Of a stretch of 64,000 bases of DNA, positions 38,103-48,619 are shown in pieces. Each line of letters starts with the position of its first letter. Within the stretch, counting starts at the first letter, position 1. A program made the position numbers and the translations under genes. The notes beneath the pieces are model-generated. The model was not told the DNA's origin. It saw only the letters and a list, made by a program, of their open reading frames with translations, and did not search any database. The stretch lies in contig OZ243974.1 of the NCBI GenBank assembly GCA_965214775.1, positions 1,696,001 to 1,760,000 on the forward strand. Reading direction: 5' to 3'. The DNA is from Nitrosopumilus sp. (GTDB taxonomy: Archaea; Thermoproteota; Nitrososphaeria; Nitrososphaerales; Nitrosopumilaceae).

Positions 38103-39188
38103 ATGGGGGATGAAGTCAGGTTTGATGTGATGAATGCAAGAGTGACTTTCAAAAACATTCCGCTGCATACATTATCCAAGTTTACTTTCAAAGACGTAAA
38201 CGCAGCCTGCGAGGAATTTAAAAAAATCAAGGGTGTTGATGAGTGCATAATAGTTCAGACTGCAAGCAGAGTTGAAATTTTTACTGTAAGCAATGTTCAA
38301 ACTGATGATGGAAATACCCCTGATGCAAGAAGAGCTGAGGGAAAAGCGCTTGTATTAAACCAGGTAAAGGACACCTGGATATCTTTATCCTCCTTGGAAC
38401 AAATCGACATTGATCATTTTGATCAAACCTTGGAGGTTTACAAAGGCGATGACGTCTATCTTCATCTGTTAAGATTGGCATCAGGAATAGATTCCTTTGT
38501 CGTTGGCAAGCAAGAGGTCTTCGATGAGATTGTCCAGTCATTAGAAAACGCCAAGAATGCAGGAAATTCAGGCAAAATTCTCAGCAAACTCTTTGAAAGT
38601 GTAATCAGGTTGGCCACAAGAATGAGAGACACTACCGGAATTGCCAACGATGTGATTTCATTAGGCGACATTGCAGTTAACTTGGTTGATGAAAAGGCGG
38701 GATTGGACGACAAGAAGAAAATTCTGCTGATGGGTACAGGCGAGTCAGCGGCAATGGTTGCAAAGACCTTGAATTCCAAGGGTGTAAAATATGACGTCAC
38801 CAGCAGAACCATAAAACGTGCAACAGGCTTTACGACACTCTTGGGTGGCAACCCGGTTGAGTTTTCTGACGTACTGGCAGGCTTTGACAAATATGATATC
38901 GTTTTTGTTGCAACCACGGCAGACTACTTTTTGATAACTCGTGAAATTATTAGGCTGGTAATGGAAGAAAAGAAAAAGGGAACGCTGATCTTGGATTTGT
39001 CCGAGCCAAGGGCAGTAGCTGAAGACATTACTTCCCTGCCTGGAATCAAGCTGTTGTTCAGAGATCAAATCTCTGAAATATTTGAGGAAAGCGTCAAAGC
39101 TCGAGCTGGAATTGTTCCTGCAGTAGAAAAAATCATTGCAAAGGAACTGCCAGTGCTGTCACTGAGAATGAGAAAATTAGACGCTTAA
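38103..39188 (+). CDS. hemA: Glutamyl-tRNA reductase-like protein (catalytic Cys absent)
   Basis: QTASRVE, HLLRLASGIDS.VVG, GTGE and LDLSEPR motifs. Confidence 0.8.
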   Translation: MGDEVRFDVMNARVTFKNIPLHTLSKFTFKDVNAACEEFKKIKGVDECIIVQTASRVEIFTVSNVQTDDGNTPDARRAEGKALVLNQVKDTWISLSSLEQIDIDHFDQTLEVYKGDDVYLHLLRLASGIDSFVVGKQEVFDEIVQSLENAKNAGNSGKILSKLFESVIRLATRMRDTTGIANDVISLGDIAVNLVDEKAGLDDKKKILLMGTGESAAMVAKTLNSKGVKYDVTSRTIKRATGFTTLLGGNPVEFSDVLAGFDKYDIVFVATTADYFLITREIIRLVMEEKKKGTLILDLSEPRAVAEDITSLPGIKLLFRDQISEIFEESVKARAGIVPAVEKIIAKELPVLSLRMRKLDA

Positions 39189-39192
39189 TTTT

Positions 39193-39354
39193 TTATTGCT
39201 TCCTTAAGATAAACTGCATGACGGCTTCCTTGGAATAATCAATTCCATGCTCTTCTTCCATGTGAACTCTGAATTTTTCTATTACCTCTTCTACCTCGCC
39301 AGAGACTGCAAAGTCATCATCAAACCCGTAATCCCTGGCCTTGAGCTCTGCCAT
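39193..39354 (-). CDS. DUF1059-like small protein
   Basis: Manual translation MAELKARDYGFDDDF...HMEEEHGIDYSKEAVMQFILRKQ; below the ORF-track cutoff. Confidence 0.75.
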   Translation of the reverse strand: MAELKARDYGFDDDFAVSGEVEEVIEKFRVHMEEEHGIDYSKEAVMQFILRKQ

Positions 39355-39441
39355 ACTTTTGCAAAAAAAGTCTCAATATAAAAATCCAGAGGTGGAGATT
39401 TTCCAAGAGACGGCTGTTTCTGATCTCAAAGACTCAACGAG

Positions 39442-40284
39442 TCATCCGTAGGACTCAAACTTGATTCCAAAACTTCCGTCGGGTTTCTTTTCATGCTCTG
39501 TGACAAAACCTTTTGGGCCCAACGAGTCAATCACGCCGTCGATGGTTCCCTGATAACCGCAGATGTAGATTATTGTGTTTTCAGGTGTGATTTCCTCGCC
39601 TACCATCTCTTCTACTGGCGACAACCCCGTTTTTTTATCGGGCTTGAAAAATGACTCGACTCTTCCAGTCTGGCCGCTCCAAGATCTGTTAAAGAATTCT
39701 TTTGGCCTGCTGATGGCCGCCCTGTACCTGAAATTCCACTTGTCCCTGCCGACTTTTTCACTCTTCAATTCCAAATCTGTAAACAGCTGCTTGTAACTTA
39801 GTTCGTCAACATAACTTGCGCCATGCAGAACCACGACTTCCCGCTTGTCATTGATGTCATGAAAGTGCTTTGCAAAAGCAACAAATGGGGCAATTCCGGT
39901 TCCGCCTCCGACACAAATAACCCTCCTATTGTCCGGTTTTCCATTGTGTAGCTTGTCACTGATCTGTAACGCCGTCCCGGTGGGATCTCCCAGCCATACT
40001 TGATCTCCGACACTTGCATAAAACAACTCGGTTGTAACGCGGCCTGGCAAGGGTTTTCTTACCCATCTAATTACAAATTCAAAATAATCCCTGTTTTCAG
40101 GATGAGACGCAATTGAATACGCTCTTCTTACAATCTTTTTCTCCGCAGGAATTGGCACTCCGATTGTCAAAAACTGGCCTGTCTTGTATTCTGGCATTCC
40201 GGTTTCAGGAACTAGCCTGATGATGACAAGATCCTCTTTGAGCAGTTCCCTGTACACGATCTTTGCTCTAGCTTCTGACACCAT
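39442..40284 (-). CDS. fpr: Ferredoxin-NADP(+) reductase
   Basis: GQF, RRAYSIAS, GGTGIAPF and YICG motifs. Confidence 0.9.
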   Translation of the reverse strand: MVSEARAKIVYRELLKEDLVIIRLVPETGMPEYKTGQFLTIGVPIPAEKKIVRRAYSIASHPENRDYFEFVIRWVRKPLPGRVTTELFYASVGDQVWLGDPTGTALQISDKLHNGKPDNRRVICVGGGTGIAPFVAFAKHFHDINDKREVVVLHGASYVDELSYKQLFTDLELKSEKVGRDKWNFRYRAAISRPKEFFNRSWSGQTGRVESFFKPDKKTGLSPVEEMVGEEITPENTIIYICGYQGTIDGVIDSLGPKGFVTEHEKKPDGSFGIKFESYG

Positions 40285-40398
40285 GCAAGAGGTTTCTTGT
40301 CGCTTTGGATAAATATATTTCCTTTGCGAGAAATCAAAGAATCCACCATCACTAAAAATTCTTAATTTTTCTTTGAAAATCTAAAAATCCGCATTTTT

Positions 40399-41199
40399 TT
40401 ACCGGTTGATTTGCTGCATTATCTCATCAAGAACCTGCTGATTTGCCGCGGCAATAAAAGACATCCTGGTTTCATAACTCAGGTCCGCATCTAGCGGATT
40501 TAGATCTGCATCTAAAAGCAGTCCTCCGGCTTCTCTTACAATCAAATACCCTGCTGCAATATCTTGAACCCTGATCTTGCCTCTCAGGTCTATGAAGACG
40601 TCCATCAGCCCTCTGGCAAGCATGGCCATCTCCAATGCATTTGCCCCAAAATGTCTGGTGTGGTTGTGATTCTCAAAAATTGGATGCAATTCCCTCATCA
40701 GGTCAGCAGATGCGCCTGAAGTGTTGATTCCGACAATTTTGTAGACAGGATCCTGGCTGTGCACATGGATTTTTCTGTCATCAAAAAAGGCGCCCCTGTC
40801 TTTTGATGCCCAATACGTCTCTCCGTTTGCAAGGTCGGTTATCACTCCGTCAGTTATTGAACTTAGCCTGTTTTCTGTAGCAAAAGCCAGCGAGCTACAG
40901 AAAAAAGGCACCCCCCTGACAGAGTTTGCCGAACCGTCAACTGCATCCATGATTACAAATCCTCTTGGCGTATCAGACAGTTCGACCCTGCCGCATTCCT
41001 CCCCCAACACAACACATGGAAAATCAATCTCTTTTAGATAGTCCAGAGCCGTCTTTTCTGCAACAATGTCTATGTTCCGGGAGATGTCCCCGCCTGCCCC
41101 CCGTCCAAAGTCTCCTGCAGCATCCTCTGTTCCGGCAAGATCCTTTACATTTTCATAGATTCTGTTTGAGATTTTTTGCAGAATCTCAATTACTTCCAT
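40399..41199 (-). CDS. Inositol monophosphatase / FBPase family
   Basis: GEE...MDAVDGSAN...QDIAAG; start set at MEVIEIL. Confidence 0.92.
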   Translation of the reverse strand: MEVIEILQKISNRIYENVKDLAGTEDAAGDFGRGAGGDISRNIDIVAEKTALDYLKEIDFPCVVLGEECGRVELSDTPRGFVIMDAVDGSANSVRGVPFFCSSLAFATENRLSSITDGVITDLANGETYWASKDRGAFFDDRKIHVHSQDPVYKIVGINTSGASADLMRELHPIFENHNHTRHFGANALEMAMLARGLMDVFIDLRGKIRVQDIAAGYLIVREAGGLLLDADLNPLDADLSYETRMSFIAAANQQVLDEIMQQINR

Positions 41200-41283
41200 T
41201 ACCGTCCGGTCAACCGGGTCGTAATTTAAGTGAAGAAAATTTTTGTCTTGAAAGCATAAATAACAACAGAAGAGCTTACGCGT

Positions 41284-42402
41284 GTGAGCGGCAAAGATCA
41301 GTCCGTAGTAAGTAAAGAAGCCCTGATGAGCACAAAACCTGGAAAACAAATAATGAAACAGGGCTTGTTCAAATCAAAGGGCTTTAGGTTATTTGACAGG
41401 TATAAAGAGGAAGCAGAGACCGAATTTCCAAATTTTGCCGAAAGATTTGCCAGGGGACTCTTGGATGAAATTAAATCCGACGCTAATCCTGGTTCTACCC
41501 AGCAAGCTTTTGCCGATGAGGTCGGTTCTGCTGAAATCATTTTGGAGGCCTCGGAGATTGAGCCTATAAGATCAAAACTACAAAGCCCAGACGTGCTAAA
41601 AGACAGGGTTCTTCGAATCCTGGACTCGAACTTTGTAAAGATGACTTTTCCTGTCTTCAATGCTCTGTATGACGGCGCAGCTGAATTTTCTGGCAGAAAC
41701 GACGATCCTCAGCTAAGACAGGACATGGTTGAGGGACACATTCTGGCAATTGATCTCAGCGAGCCCATGGATAGAATTGTTGACAAGGACGAGGATTTAG
41801 AGTACCTGGATGATTACAAGCTGATGAATCCGTATATTCTGAAACTGGCACGGGAAAAAATTTCCAAAGGCGGTGATCAAGTATTAAGAGAGTTTGAGGC
41901 CGGATTCAAAGACGCAAGAGCCGGCCAGTATGTCGATGAGAATCTAAAATCAAAACCAACTGAAATCACAGAAGCAGAAATGACACTGTCCTACAAAAAA
42001 TACCGCGCAGTGATGGGAACTGCCGGCAGGAACATGGCATTAGCTGAGAGGCCTTTGGGTGAAATCTTTTACTTGGGCATGGCACGTGCTGCCGAAGGTG
42101 TTGGCTGTGGAAACGAGATAGAGGACTCTGTCAAAAACGGGTTTATAAAAATCCCCTCCTGGCCGCTTTATTACACGTTGCTGTCTAATGATGCAAAAAA
42201 AGGATTTGAGATTACCTTGGAAAAGAGCAATCTGTATTTACAGGATGCAAGGCTTGCAGCAGAATTGCTGCCAGAGAACTTTTCGCACAAGGAATTTCTG
42301 GAATTCTTGTTTTTAACCGTTGACCACTACAACCAATATTGGTACAACCAACTACAAAAAGCCAACAAATGGTCGGAATTTGAATCCAGGCTACCCGGGT
42401 GA
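41284..42402 (+). CDS. Conserved hypothetical protein
   Basis: 372-aa ORF coupled to rfcL. Confidence 0.8.
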   Translation: MSGKDQSVVSKEALMSTKPGKQIMKQGLFKSKGFRLFDRYKEEAETEFPNFAERFARGLLDEIKSDANPGSTQQAFADEVGSAEIILEASEIEPIRSKLQSPDVLKDRVLRILDSNFVKMTFPVFNALYDGAAEFSGRNDDPQLRQDMVEGHILAIDLSEPMDRIVDKDEDLEYLDDYKLMNPYILKLAREKISKGGDQVLREFEAGFKDARAGQYVDENLKSKPTEITEAEMTLSYKKYRAVMGTAGRNMALAERPLGEIFYLGMARAAEGVGCGNEIEDSVKNGFIKIPSWPLYYTLLSNDAKKGFEITLEKSNLYLQDARLAAELLPENFSHKEFLEFLFLTVDHYNQYWYNQLQKANKWSEFESRLPG

Positions 42403-43571
42403 TAAGATTGATGTGGTCTGAAAAATACCGGCCTCAGAGCATCTCTGAGATGGTCGGAAACGAGGAATCCCGTCTGGCAGTTTTAGAATGGTCTGCAAGA
42501 TGGAAAAAGGGAACAAAGCCACTCCTTCTTGCAGGCCCCCCTGGAATTGGCAAGACTACGATGGCATTTCTTGTGGCCAGACAGTTTGGATACGACATGA
42601 TCGGGCTCAATGCCAGTGATGTTAGAAGCAAGTCTAGGCTAAATGAGATTCTAACGCCTGTTTTGAGCAATGTCAGCGTTCTTGGCACTCCCATGATCTT
42701 CGTTGATGAGGTAGATGGAATCCATGGAAGGGGCGATTATGGGGGAGTTGCTGCATTAGTTGAAATTCTAAAGGAGCCGACTGTTCCGATAATCCTTGCG
42801 GCAAATGATGAGGGTGGTGAGAAAATGAAAAGTATCAAAAAGGCAGTCAAGACAGTTTCATTCAAAAAGATTCCCCCCAGACTACTTCGTGTCTATCTGG
42901 AAAACATCCTGAAAAAAGAAAACGCAACCCTGAGTCCCGGGTCGCTGATTAAAGTTGTTGACAAATCACGCGGAGACATACGCTCAATGATCAACCTTGC
43001 TCAATCATATGTTACGGGCTTTAATCCACAAACCGAAACAGCTTTTGAGAATATCAATGTTGAGGACGGGATTAATGCATTCTTCAAGGCCAAGTCTTTT
43101 GATGAGGCAAGAGGCGTTTTGTATTCGATGCAGATTGATCCTCGCCAAAAGATAGGCGCGTTTTATTCTAGCATTGTTACAAGCGATTTAGATAACGAAA
43201 CACTTGCAAAATATTTGGAGATAATCTCTGATGCTGACATCCTTTACGGGAGAATCATTCGCACACAAAATTGGAGATTGTTAAGATATCTTAACGACAT
43301 CCTGATCAAGCTGTATCGGAATGATGACAGGATTAGATATGCGCAATACAATCTGTCTTGGCCGGCGCTAAACAGAATTCGTTGGGATGGCGCAAAAATC
43401 AGATCGCTTTGCTCTGTTATGGCCGGGAAATTACACATGTCATCAAGTGCGTTTGCCACGTTTGGCCTGCCGTATTTTCTGTTTTGCATTAAAAACAACG
43501 GATCCATGGAATTGGAACTAGAGGAGACATTTGGAGACATTATTGAAAAGGAGATTGATCTGCTGCCATGA
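42399..43571 (+). CDS. rfcL: Replication factor C large subunit
   Basis: WSEKYRP, GPPGIGKTT, LNASD, DEVDG and GDIRS motifs. Confidence 0.93.
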   Translation: MIRLMWSEKYRPQSISEMVGNEESRLAVLEWSARWKKGTKPLLLAGPPGIGKTTMAFLVARQFGYDMIGLNASDVRSKSRLNEILTPVLSNVSVLGTPMIFVDEVDGIHGRGDYGGVAALVEILKEPTVPIILAANDEGGEKMKSIKKAVKTVSFKKIPPRLLRVYLENILKKENATLSPGSLIKVVDKSRGDIRSMINLAQSYVTGFNPQTETAFENINVEDGINAFFKAKSFDEARGVLYSMQIDPRQKIGAFYSSIVTSDLDNETLAKYLEIISDADILYGRIIRTQNWRLLRYLNDILIKLYRNDDRIRYAQYNLSWPALNRIRWDGAKIRSLCSVMAGKLHMSSSAFATFGLPYFLFCIKNNGSMELELEETFGDIIEKEIDLLP

Positions 43572-43900
43572 GCTGGAGAAAGATTCAGATGAAATTCCCC
43601 GGAACCTGCGTTGTATGCAACAAAAAAATCCAAGCCAACGAGATGGGTCTTTGGGCCAAAGGGCTTGGTGTAAAACATGAGAGGTGTGCCCAAGCAAGCG
43701 ATGGCGATGATGATTATGACGAGTTACGATGCATCATATGTGGAAATTCTGCCGGATGCCGACAATGTGAATTGCAAGACAGTTGTGACATTCCCAACGT
43801 CTCCCGGTTCTGTGTATGCAAGAGATGCAGTGAGCAGGAAAATGCTTTTGGATTGTATCAAAAGTCTGCAAAAAAGAAATTTCCGCTAATTGACACTTGA
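43568..43900 (+). CDS. Cys-rich Zn-binding hypothetical protein
   Basis: Several CxxC motifs; overlaps the rfcL stop. Confidence 0.75.
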   Translation: MSWRKIQMKFPGTCVVCNKKIQANEMGLWAKGLGVKHERCAQASDGDDDYDELRCIICGNSAGCRQCELQDSCDIPNVSRFCVCKRCSEQENAFGLYQKSAKKKFPLIDT

Positions 43901-43998
43901 TCACATGTCTTTTCTAGCGATTTTTGAATTTTTTCAAAAGAATGCCTTGTTTGCGATCATGCAGTCTTCCCAGAAGTACAGTCGTATGAGTTTACCCC

Positions 43999-44141
43999 TA
44001 GAGAGTTGATTCGAAATTAGCAGACTCTGATTATTTGTGAATGAATTTGCATAAAACGGTTCAAAACATCAACAAAATGCAGATTATCTGTGAAATTACT
44101 TGAAAAATTCGCACGGCTTCTAATTTCGGATCACCTCTCAG
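43999..44141. mobile_element. MITE family B copy at island boundary
   Basis: Homologous to 18209-18351. Confidence 0.82.
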
Positions 44142-44153
44142 GGGATTTCAGAA

Positions 44154-44552
44154 TTGGGATGGGCGTACATCGGAACAGGAATCATTCCCATCGTCATAGT
44201 ACTGGCGGTCATAATATCGGCAATCGTGGGCGATACGGCAAAACATAGGCAAGCAAAGCCACCAAGGACGAAAGTCCTGCTGGTCGACGCGATGTATGGG
44301 GGGCTTGATGCCCGGCTGGCAGAAATTGGATGCGAGGCGCAAAGCGTCAGGAAGCTGTGCGCGGAGGGACTTCCGATGAGGTCTGACTTTTCTGTCCTGA
44401 AATACGCCGAGAAGTACGGCATGATTCTGGTGACCAATGACAGGGAGAACATCGCCGGCTGCGAGGAGAACGGCATCCCGTGCATAAGCAGCGGAAAGAG
44501 CCCGTCGGCCGACAAGATCATCCGGGCCGTCAGGGCCGTGGAAGGATCGTAG
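44154..44552 (+). CDS. PIN-like (DUF5615/Mut7-C) protein
   Basis: LLVDAM...L...G...SD..VL.YA.....LVTND. Confidence 0.75.
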   Translation: MGWAYIGTGIIPIVIVLAVIISAIVGDTAKHRQAKPPRTKVLLVDAMYGGLDARLAEIGCEAQSVRKLCAEGLPMRSDFSVLKYAEKYGMILVTNDRENIAGCEENGIPCISSGKSPSADKIIRAVRAVEGS

Positions 44553-44869
44553 TGCTGTCATACTGTCCCAATTCCTCGTGTTCCTGGCAGTATCGGCCAA
44601 TCACGGTTCGGCATTAACAGCGTGCTGTCACGCCAGTCGCGCGTTTTATGCCAATACGAAATCGTCACGGTGGAGATCATGACTAGTTCTGGCACGTCTG
44701 ACACCGCAAACGAGATCAGCTAAGTGAAAAGTACCCTGAAATCGAGTAAAACAGAAGCTGGACAGGAGGTACGACGCCTCAATAGCAAGGCAAAATAGCA
44801 ATTCTTGTTTACTTTTCACTTATCTGTTTTTGTCGGCATATTTTTAAAACATGCCATGATCGACCAATC

Positions 44870-47101
44870 ATGACAGGCAGCAAAAGGATGATTCTAATCC
44901 TTTTGCTTACAACATTTGCAATTCCATCAGCTGTTTTGGCATCAGCACAACAGACAGTCAACGAGGAAGACGATGCAAACGCTGACATTCCAGGGGATCT
45001 TATCCCTACTGGCCCAACAGGTCCGGTCGGCATAGTGAATGAGCTACAAAAAGCACACTCTAACCTGTCAGGCATAATGGACGAACACTCCGGTGGGAGC
45101 TATGAGCACGACTATCCGTTTACAATGGCGTATGTTGACCCAGACAGGGAAGAGCTGGTAGTTGCAATGCACCCTTTGGCTGCATTTGTCGGTATTGAAT
45201 ATGATGAATCTGAAATACAGCAGGTGCTAGGAACCGCCGTACCGCTGAAGATAATTTATGCAGAGTTTATCCCGGAGGCAACGCAGACGCAACAAGACTA
45301 TTACGAGAGGTACTGCACGCCAGACATCGCACCGGGATACCTTGCAGTGTGCAAGGCATACGCAAAGATACTGATCAATGGAGGCATAGAGCCCGCAGAC
45401 CTTGGACCATATACAATTTTCATCGACACCTTTGACAACATGAGAAACTGGGATCTGGACGGAGACGACATAGATGACGATGACCTGGGAAGCGGTTATG
45501 GCGTAATCCCGGGGCACACGACCCGCAACGACGTTGCAACAAATGACGATGATTGTGACACATGTGTGATGGAGCTAGACGACAACATAGACCTGTCTGG
45601 CTATGACAGTGCGGCACTGTCATTTTGGAAGCTGGTAGATGACGGCTTTGAGAGTGGAGATTACCTCAAGGTGGAGACGACGCACGACGGAAGCAGCTGG
45701 ACCCAACAGTTCAAGTGGACTACCGGGGACGACCAGTGGCAAAAACACACGTTGTCGATCCCCACGACATCAACGACAGACTTTAACGTTAGATTCACTG
45801 CGCAGATTGCAGATGATGACAACAAGTTTGGCATTGACAATGTAATTGTCAAGGTTGAAAACAATGCAGAGGGAGAAGAATCAGTACAGCCGCCTTCAGA
45901 CACTACGCCGCCGGTAATTACGGTTCCAGACGATATCGCAGGCACTCCTCGAGTGGCCTCTTTGGGATATTACGCAGAGTTTACTGTAACTGCAACTGAT
46001 GATACAGACGGCACTGTGGATGTTACATGTTCGCATGATAGCGGTTACTTCCAGATTGGCGTAACAACAGTTGAGTGCAGTGCAACTGATAATGCGGGAA
46101 ACGCCGCAAGTGCAAGCTTTACAATTACTGTGACAAGCGGTACTCCTGCAGACTCGGATGGCGACGGATACCACGATGGAATTGACCAGTGTCCGAATGA
46201 GGCAAGTGATAGTAATTATGGATGTCCGGAGGAGGAAAGCAGCATGTCCATCTATGCAGGCCAGGAGCATGAGTATACATACGAGCATCTGATTGGCGAC
46301 CAACCACATATGCATAATGGCGGCTCTTACGGTACAATAGGTTTTACTGGAACCGACATGAACGGACAGATCGGCTTTGTCGGCGCAGGGCATACTTTTC
46401 AGCCTGAAGTAAATTTTGACGGAACATCCCACATTGTTCAAAAGCACTTTCACAAATACGAAAACGTCACAGTATCAAACGTAACAGCTGTCAGCCCATT
46501 TGGAAGGCACGGCTCTGGTAATTACAACCTGGATGCAGGATGGGTTCCGTTGGACACCACAAAGGCGCAGATCACAAATCAGATCAAGAGGCTTGATGGC
46601 CAAGTTTGGAGCATGACGCAGGCAAACAGCGCAGACGCGCAGCGAGGAGCCAAGATTGACCTGAGCGGTGCAAAAACCAACTCGAATGGCGTTTTGCTGT
46701 TCAAAAATGCCACAATAATCACACACAACCACAAAAATGAACTAGTCACCATGGAGGGCCATTACCTTGGAAACTACAACAGCATACGGGGCGACAGTGG
46801 CGCACCTGTGACAATTAATGCCACCAACCCCACACCGTCACCATCTGTAAAACTGATTGGAATACACACAGGAACCATATGCAGGTACTCTTCCCCTTCT
46901 GAGGGAAACGACGAGGTAAACGTGTACTCCATATTCAATGGAACTGATCCATACGGGGAATTTGAGAATGGCTATCAAGTTTGCGGATACGGCGCACAGC
47001 GCTTGGCTTCATTGCCAAACTCAAACATATCTTCACTGAGCTGGTACTACAAAGCAATCGTTCCATGGGATCTGATAAAAAATGAGTTTAGCATTCGTTA
47101 A
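44870..47101 (+). CDS. Secreted trypsin-like serine protease with beta-sandwich, HYR and TSP3-like modules
   Basis: Signal peptide; DTTPPVITVP...TATD...C...GVTTVECSATDNAGN (HYR); DSDGDG..D..DQCP; AGH, DAG and GDSG triad. Confidence 0.85.
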   Translation: MTGSKRMILILLLTTFAIPSAVLASAQQTVNEEDDANADIPGDLIPTGPTGPVGIVNELQKAHSNLSGIMDEHSGGSYEHDYPFTMAYVDPDREELVVAMHPLAAFVGIEYDESEIQQVLGTAVPLKIIYAEFIPEATQTQQDYYERYCTPDIAPGYLAVCKAYAKILINGGIEPADLGPYTIFIDTFDNMRNWDLDGDDIDDDDLGSGYGVIPGHTTRNDVATNDDDCDTCVMELDDNIDLSGYDSAALSFWKLVDDGFESGDYLKVETTHDGSSWTQQFKWTTGDDQWQKHTLSIPTTSTTDFNVRFTAQIADDDNKFGIDNVIVKVENNAEGEESVQPPSDTTPPVITVPDDIAGTPRVASLGYYAEFTVTATDDTDGTVDVTCSHDSGYFQIGVTTVECSATDNAGNAASASFTITVTSGTPADSDGDGYHDGIDQCPNEASDSNYGCPEEESSMSIYAGQEHEYTYEHLIGDQPHMHNGGSYGTIGFTGTDMNGQIGFVGAGHTFQPEVNFDGTSHIVQKHFHKYENVTVSNVTAVSPFGRHGSGNYNLDAGWVPLDTTKAQITNQIKRLDGQVWSMTQANSADAQRGAKIDLSGAKTNSNGVLLFKNATIITHNHKNELVTMEGHYLGNYNSIRGDSGAPVTINATNPTPSPSVKLIGIHTGTICRYSSPSEGNDEVNVYSIFNGTDPYGEFENGYQVCGYGAQRLASLPNSNISSLSWYYKAIVPWDLIKNEFSIR

Positions 47102-47621
47102 CTCACCTTATTTTCTGATCCAAAGTGCAAGTAAATTAAATATGACAAAGACCAATACTGCTAATGCCTCCACTACAATGTCACCATCCAAGGCATGCAT
47201 CACAGCTGCAGTGTTTTGCTGCCTCTTGGCACTTTTTGTTCCAGAATCTGCAGAGGCCATCGATATAGAAAACTGCATGGATCGTACAGAAAAAGCAGTC
47301 ATGTATAGGAATTCAGATAGTAGGGCATCCTGTGTAAGTCTGAGCAGTGTTGAGAAACTAGAGCAAAGAGGATGGGGAAGCTACAACCCACTAGATCCCA
47401 TAATGCCTAGGATAGTTGAGTTTGGCACCCTTGGCAGACCATTAGTCACATATCCAATACTTGGCCAAGAAATCACTCCGTCCTACTATGATAGATTTGT
47501 AATGAAATGTGCAAAGCTCACTGGTTACACTTGCAGCTTACATCTTAATAATGACACAGAAATATACAATTTCCTTAAAACTGACATGGAGAAGTACTTC
47601 ACTGTGGATCCAGCTAAGTGA
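47082..47621 (+). CDS. Secreted hypothetical protein
   Basis: Signal-like segment, C...SCV..SSVEKLEQRGW; the 3' end runs into a MITE-E end. Confidence 0.65.
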   Translation: MSLAFVNSPYFLIQSASKLNMTKTNTANASTTMSPSKACITAAVFCCLLALFVPESAEAIDIENCMDRTEKAVMYRNSDSRASCVSLSSVEKLEQRGWGSYNPLDPIMPRIVEFGTLGRPLVTYPILGQEITPSYYDRFVMKCAKLTGYTCSLHLNNDTEIYNFLKTDMEKYFTVDPAK

Positions 47622-47775
47622 AAAGGTACACATCAGGTCCTATCTAAGCCGGCCAGGGACTTTTCCCCAAGAACTTTTTGATCCTTCCGCACTTGTTGTG
47701 ACAGAATCGCTGCATTGCTGACACGTCTTTTGTACATGCAAGATTGAACGCCGGAACCAGCGCCGCATCGAACCA

Positions 47776-48042
47776 TCAACCCCGTTTCTTGGACGGCCTG
47801 AACGCGACTGATGCCGTAGCACCCATGCAAAAAAAGAGGAATCCAAACGCCGCGCAGGTGATAATCTTGTCATGATTCATCTCCATGAACATGCCCAGGT
47901 ACGACAAGACGGACAGGGACACGATCACGCCGCCAATAACCGTCACTGCAACGGCGGCAAGCCACTCAAATGACACATTGCACCGGCCGCGCGCCTTTCC
48001 ATGGATTGTGCGGGTCATTGTGACAACCCTCTCAAGGGACAC
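47776..48042 (-). CDS. Small two-TM membrane protein
   Basis: N-terminus and promoter shared with 48154-48402. Confidence 0.55.
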   Translation of the reverse strand: MSLERVVTMTRTIHGKARGRCNVSFEWLAAVAVTVIGGVIVSLSVLSYLGMFMEMNHDKIITCAAFGFLFFCMGATASVAFRPSKKRG

Positions 48043-48153
48043 ATGCCATCACCATATGTCTAAGCACTTAAGCGCGGGATGACCAGCGGTCTCCATTCAC
48101 TGTCATGCTGGAAAGCAGTATCGGCCATGAATCATCGGATGTCACCGCCAGGA

Positions 48154-48402
48154 TCATTTGAGGACGTGTGACCACGCGATGCAGACGGCAAGAATAGCCG
48201 CCAACTGACCTGCGGCCATCAGGTGCCATTCCGCGGCCGGATTCCCGGGCAGGCCAATGAACGCGAGGAACGCCACGCACATAGACACGCCCACAAGCGC
48301 CACCACCATCAGGGGGTGAAACCTGTCAGTGAATGTTTCCCAAATGCGGCATGCCCTGCCGCCGACGGTGCGGGTCACTGTGGCAAGCCTTTCAATGCAC
48401 AT
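48154..48402 (-). CDS. Small two-TM membrane protein
   Basis: N-terminus paralogous to 47776-48042. Confidence 0.55.
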   Translation of the reverse strand: MCIERLATVTRTVGGRACRIWETFTDRFHPLMVVALVGVSMCVAFLAFIGLPGNPAAEWHLMAAGQLAAILAVCIAWSHVLK

Positions 48403-48619
48403 ATGCCATCATGATGCACCGTGGAATTTAAGCGCGGAATGACAGGTGTCGGCCAGGCCGTGTCCTCTTAATCCGGGCGTGAAGGTTGCAGCGTTTCAGG
48501 ACACGTGATGTGTGGTGTTGTAACAAGACGGTCCGTGTCTGGAAACCACGGTCGCATTAGGTGTCAACTGTAAATTTCCAGATCCCTACTTTTTTATAGA
48601 ATGTTCAGATAGAGTACAG

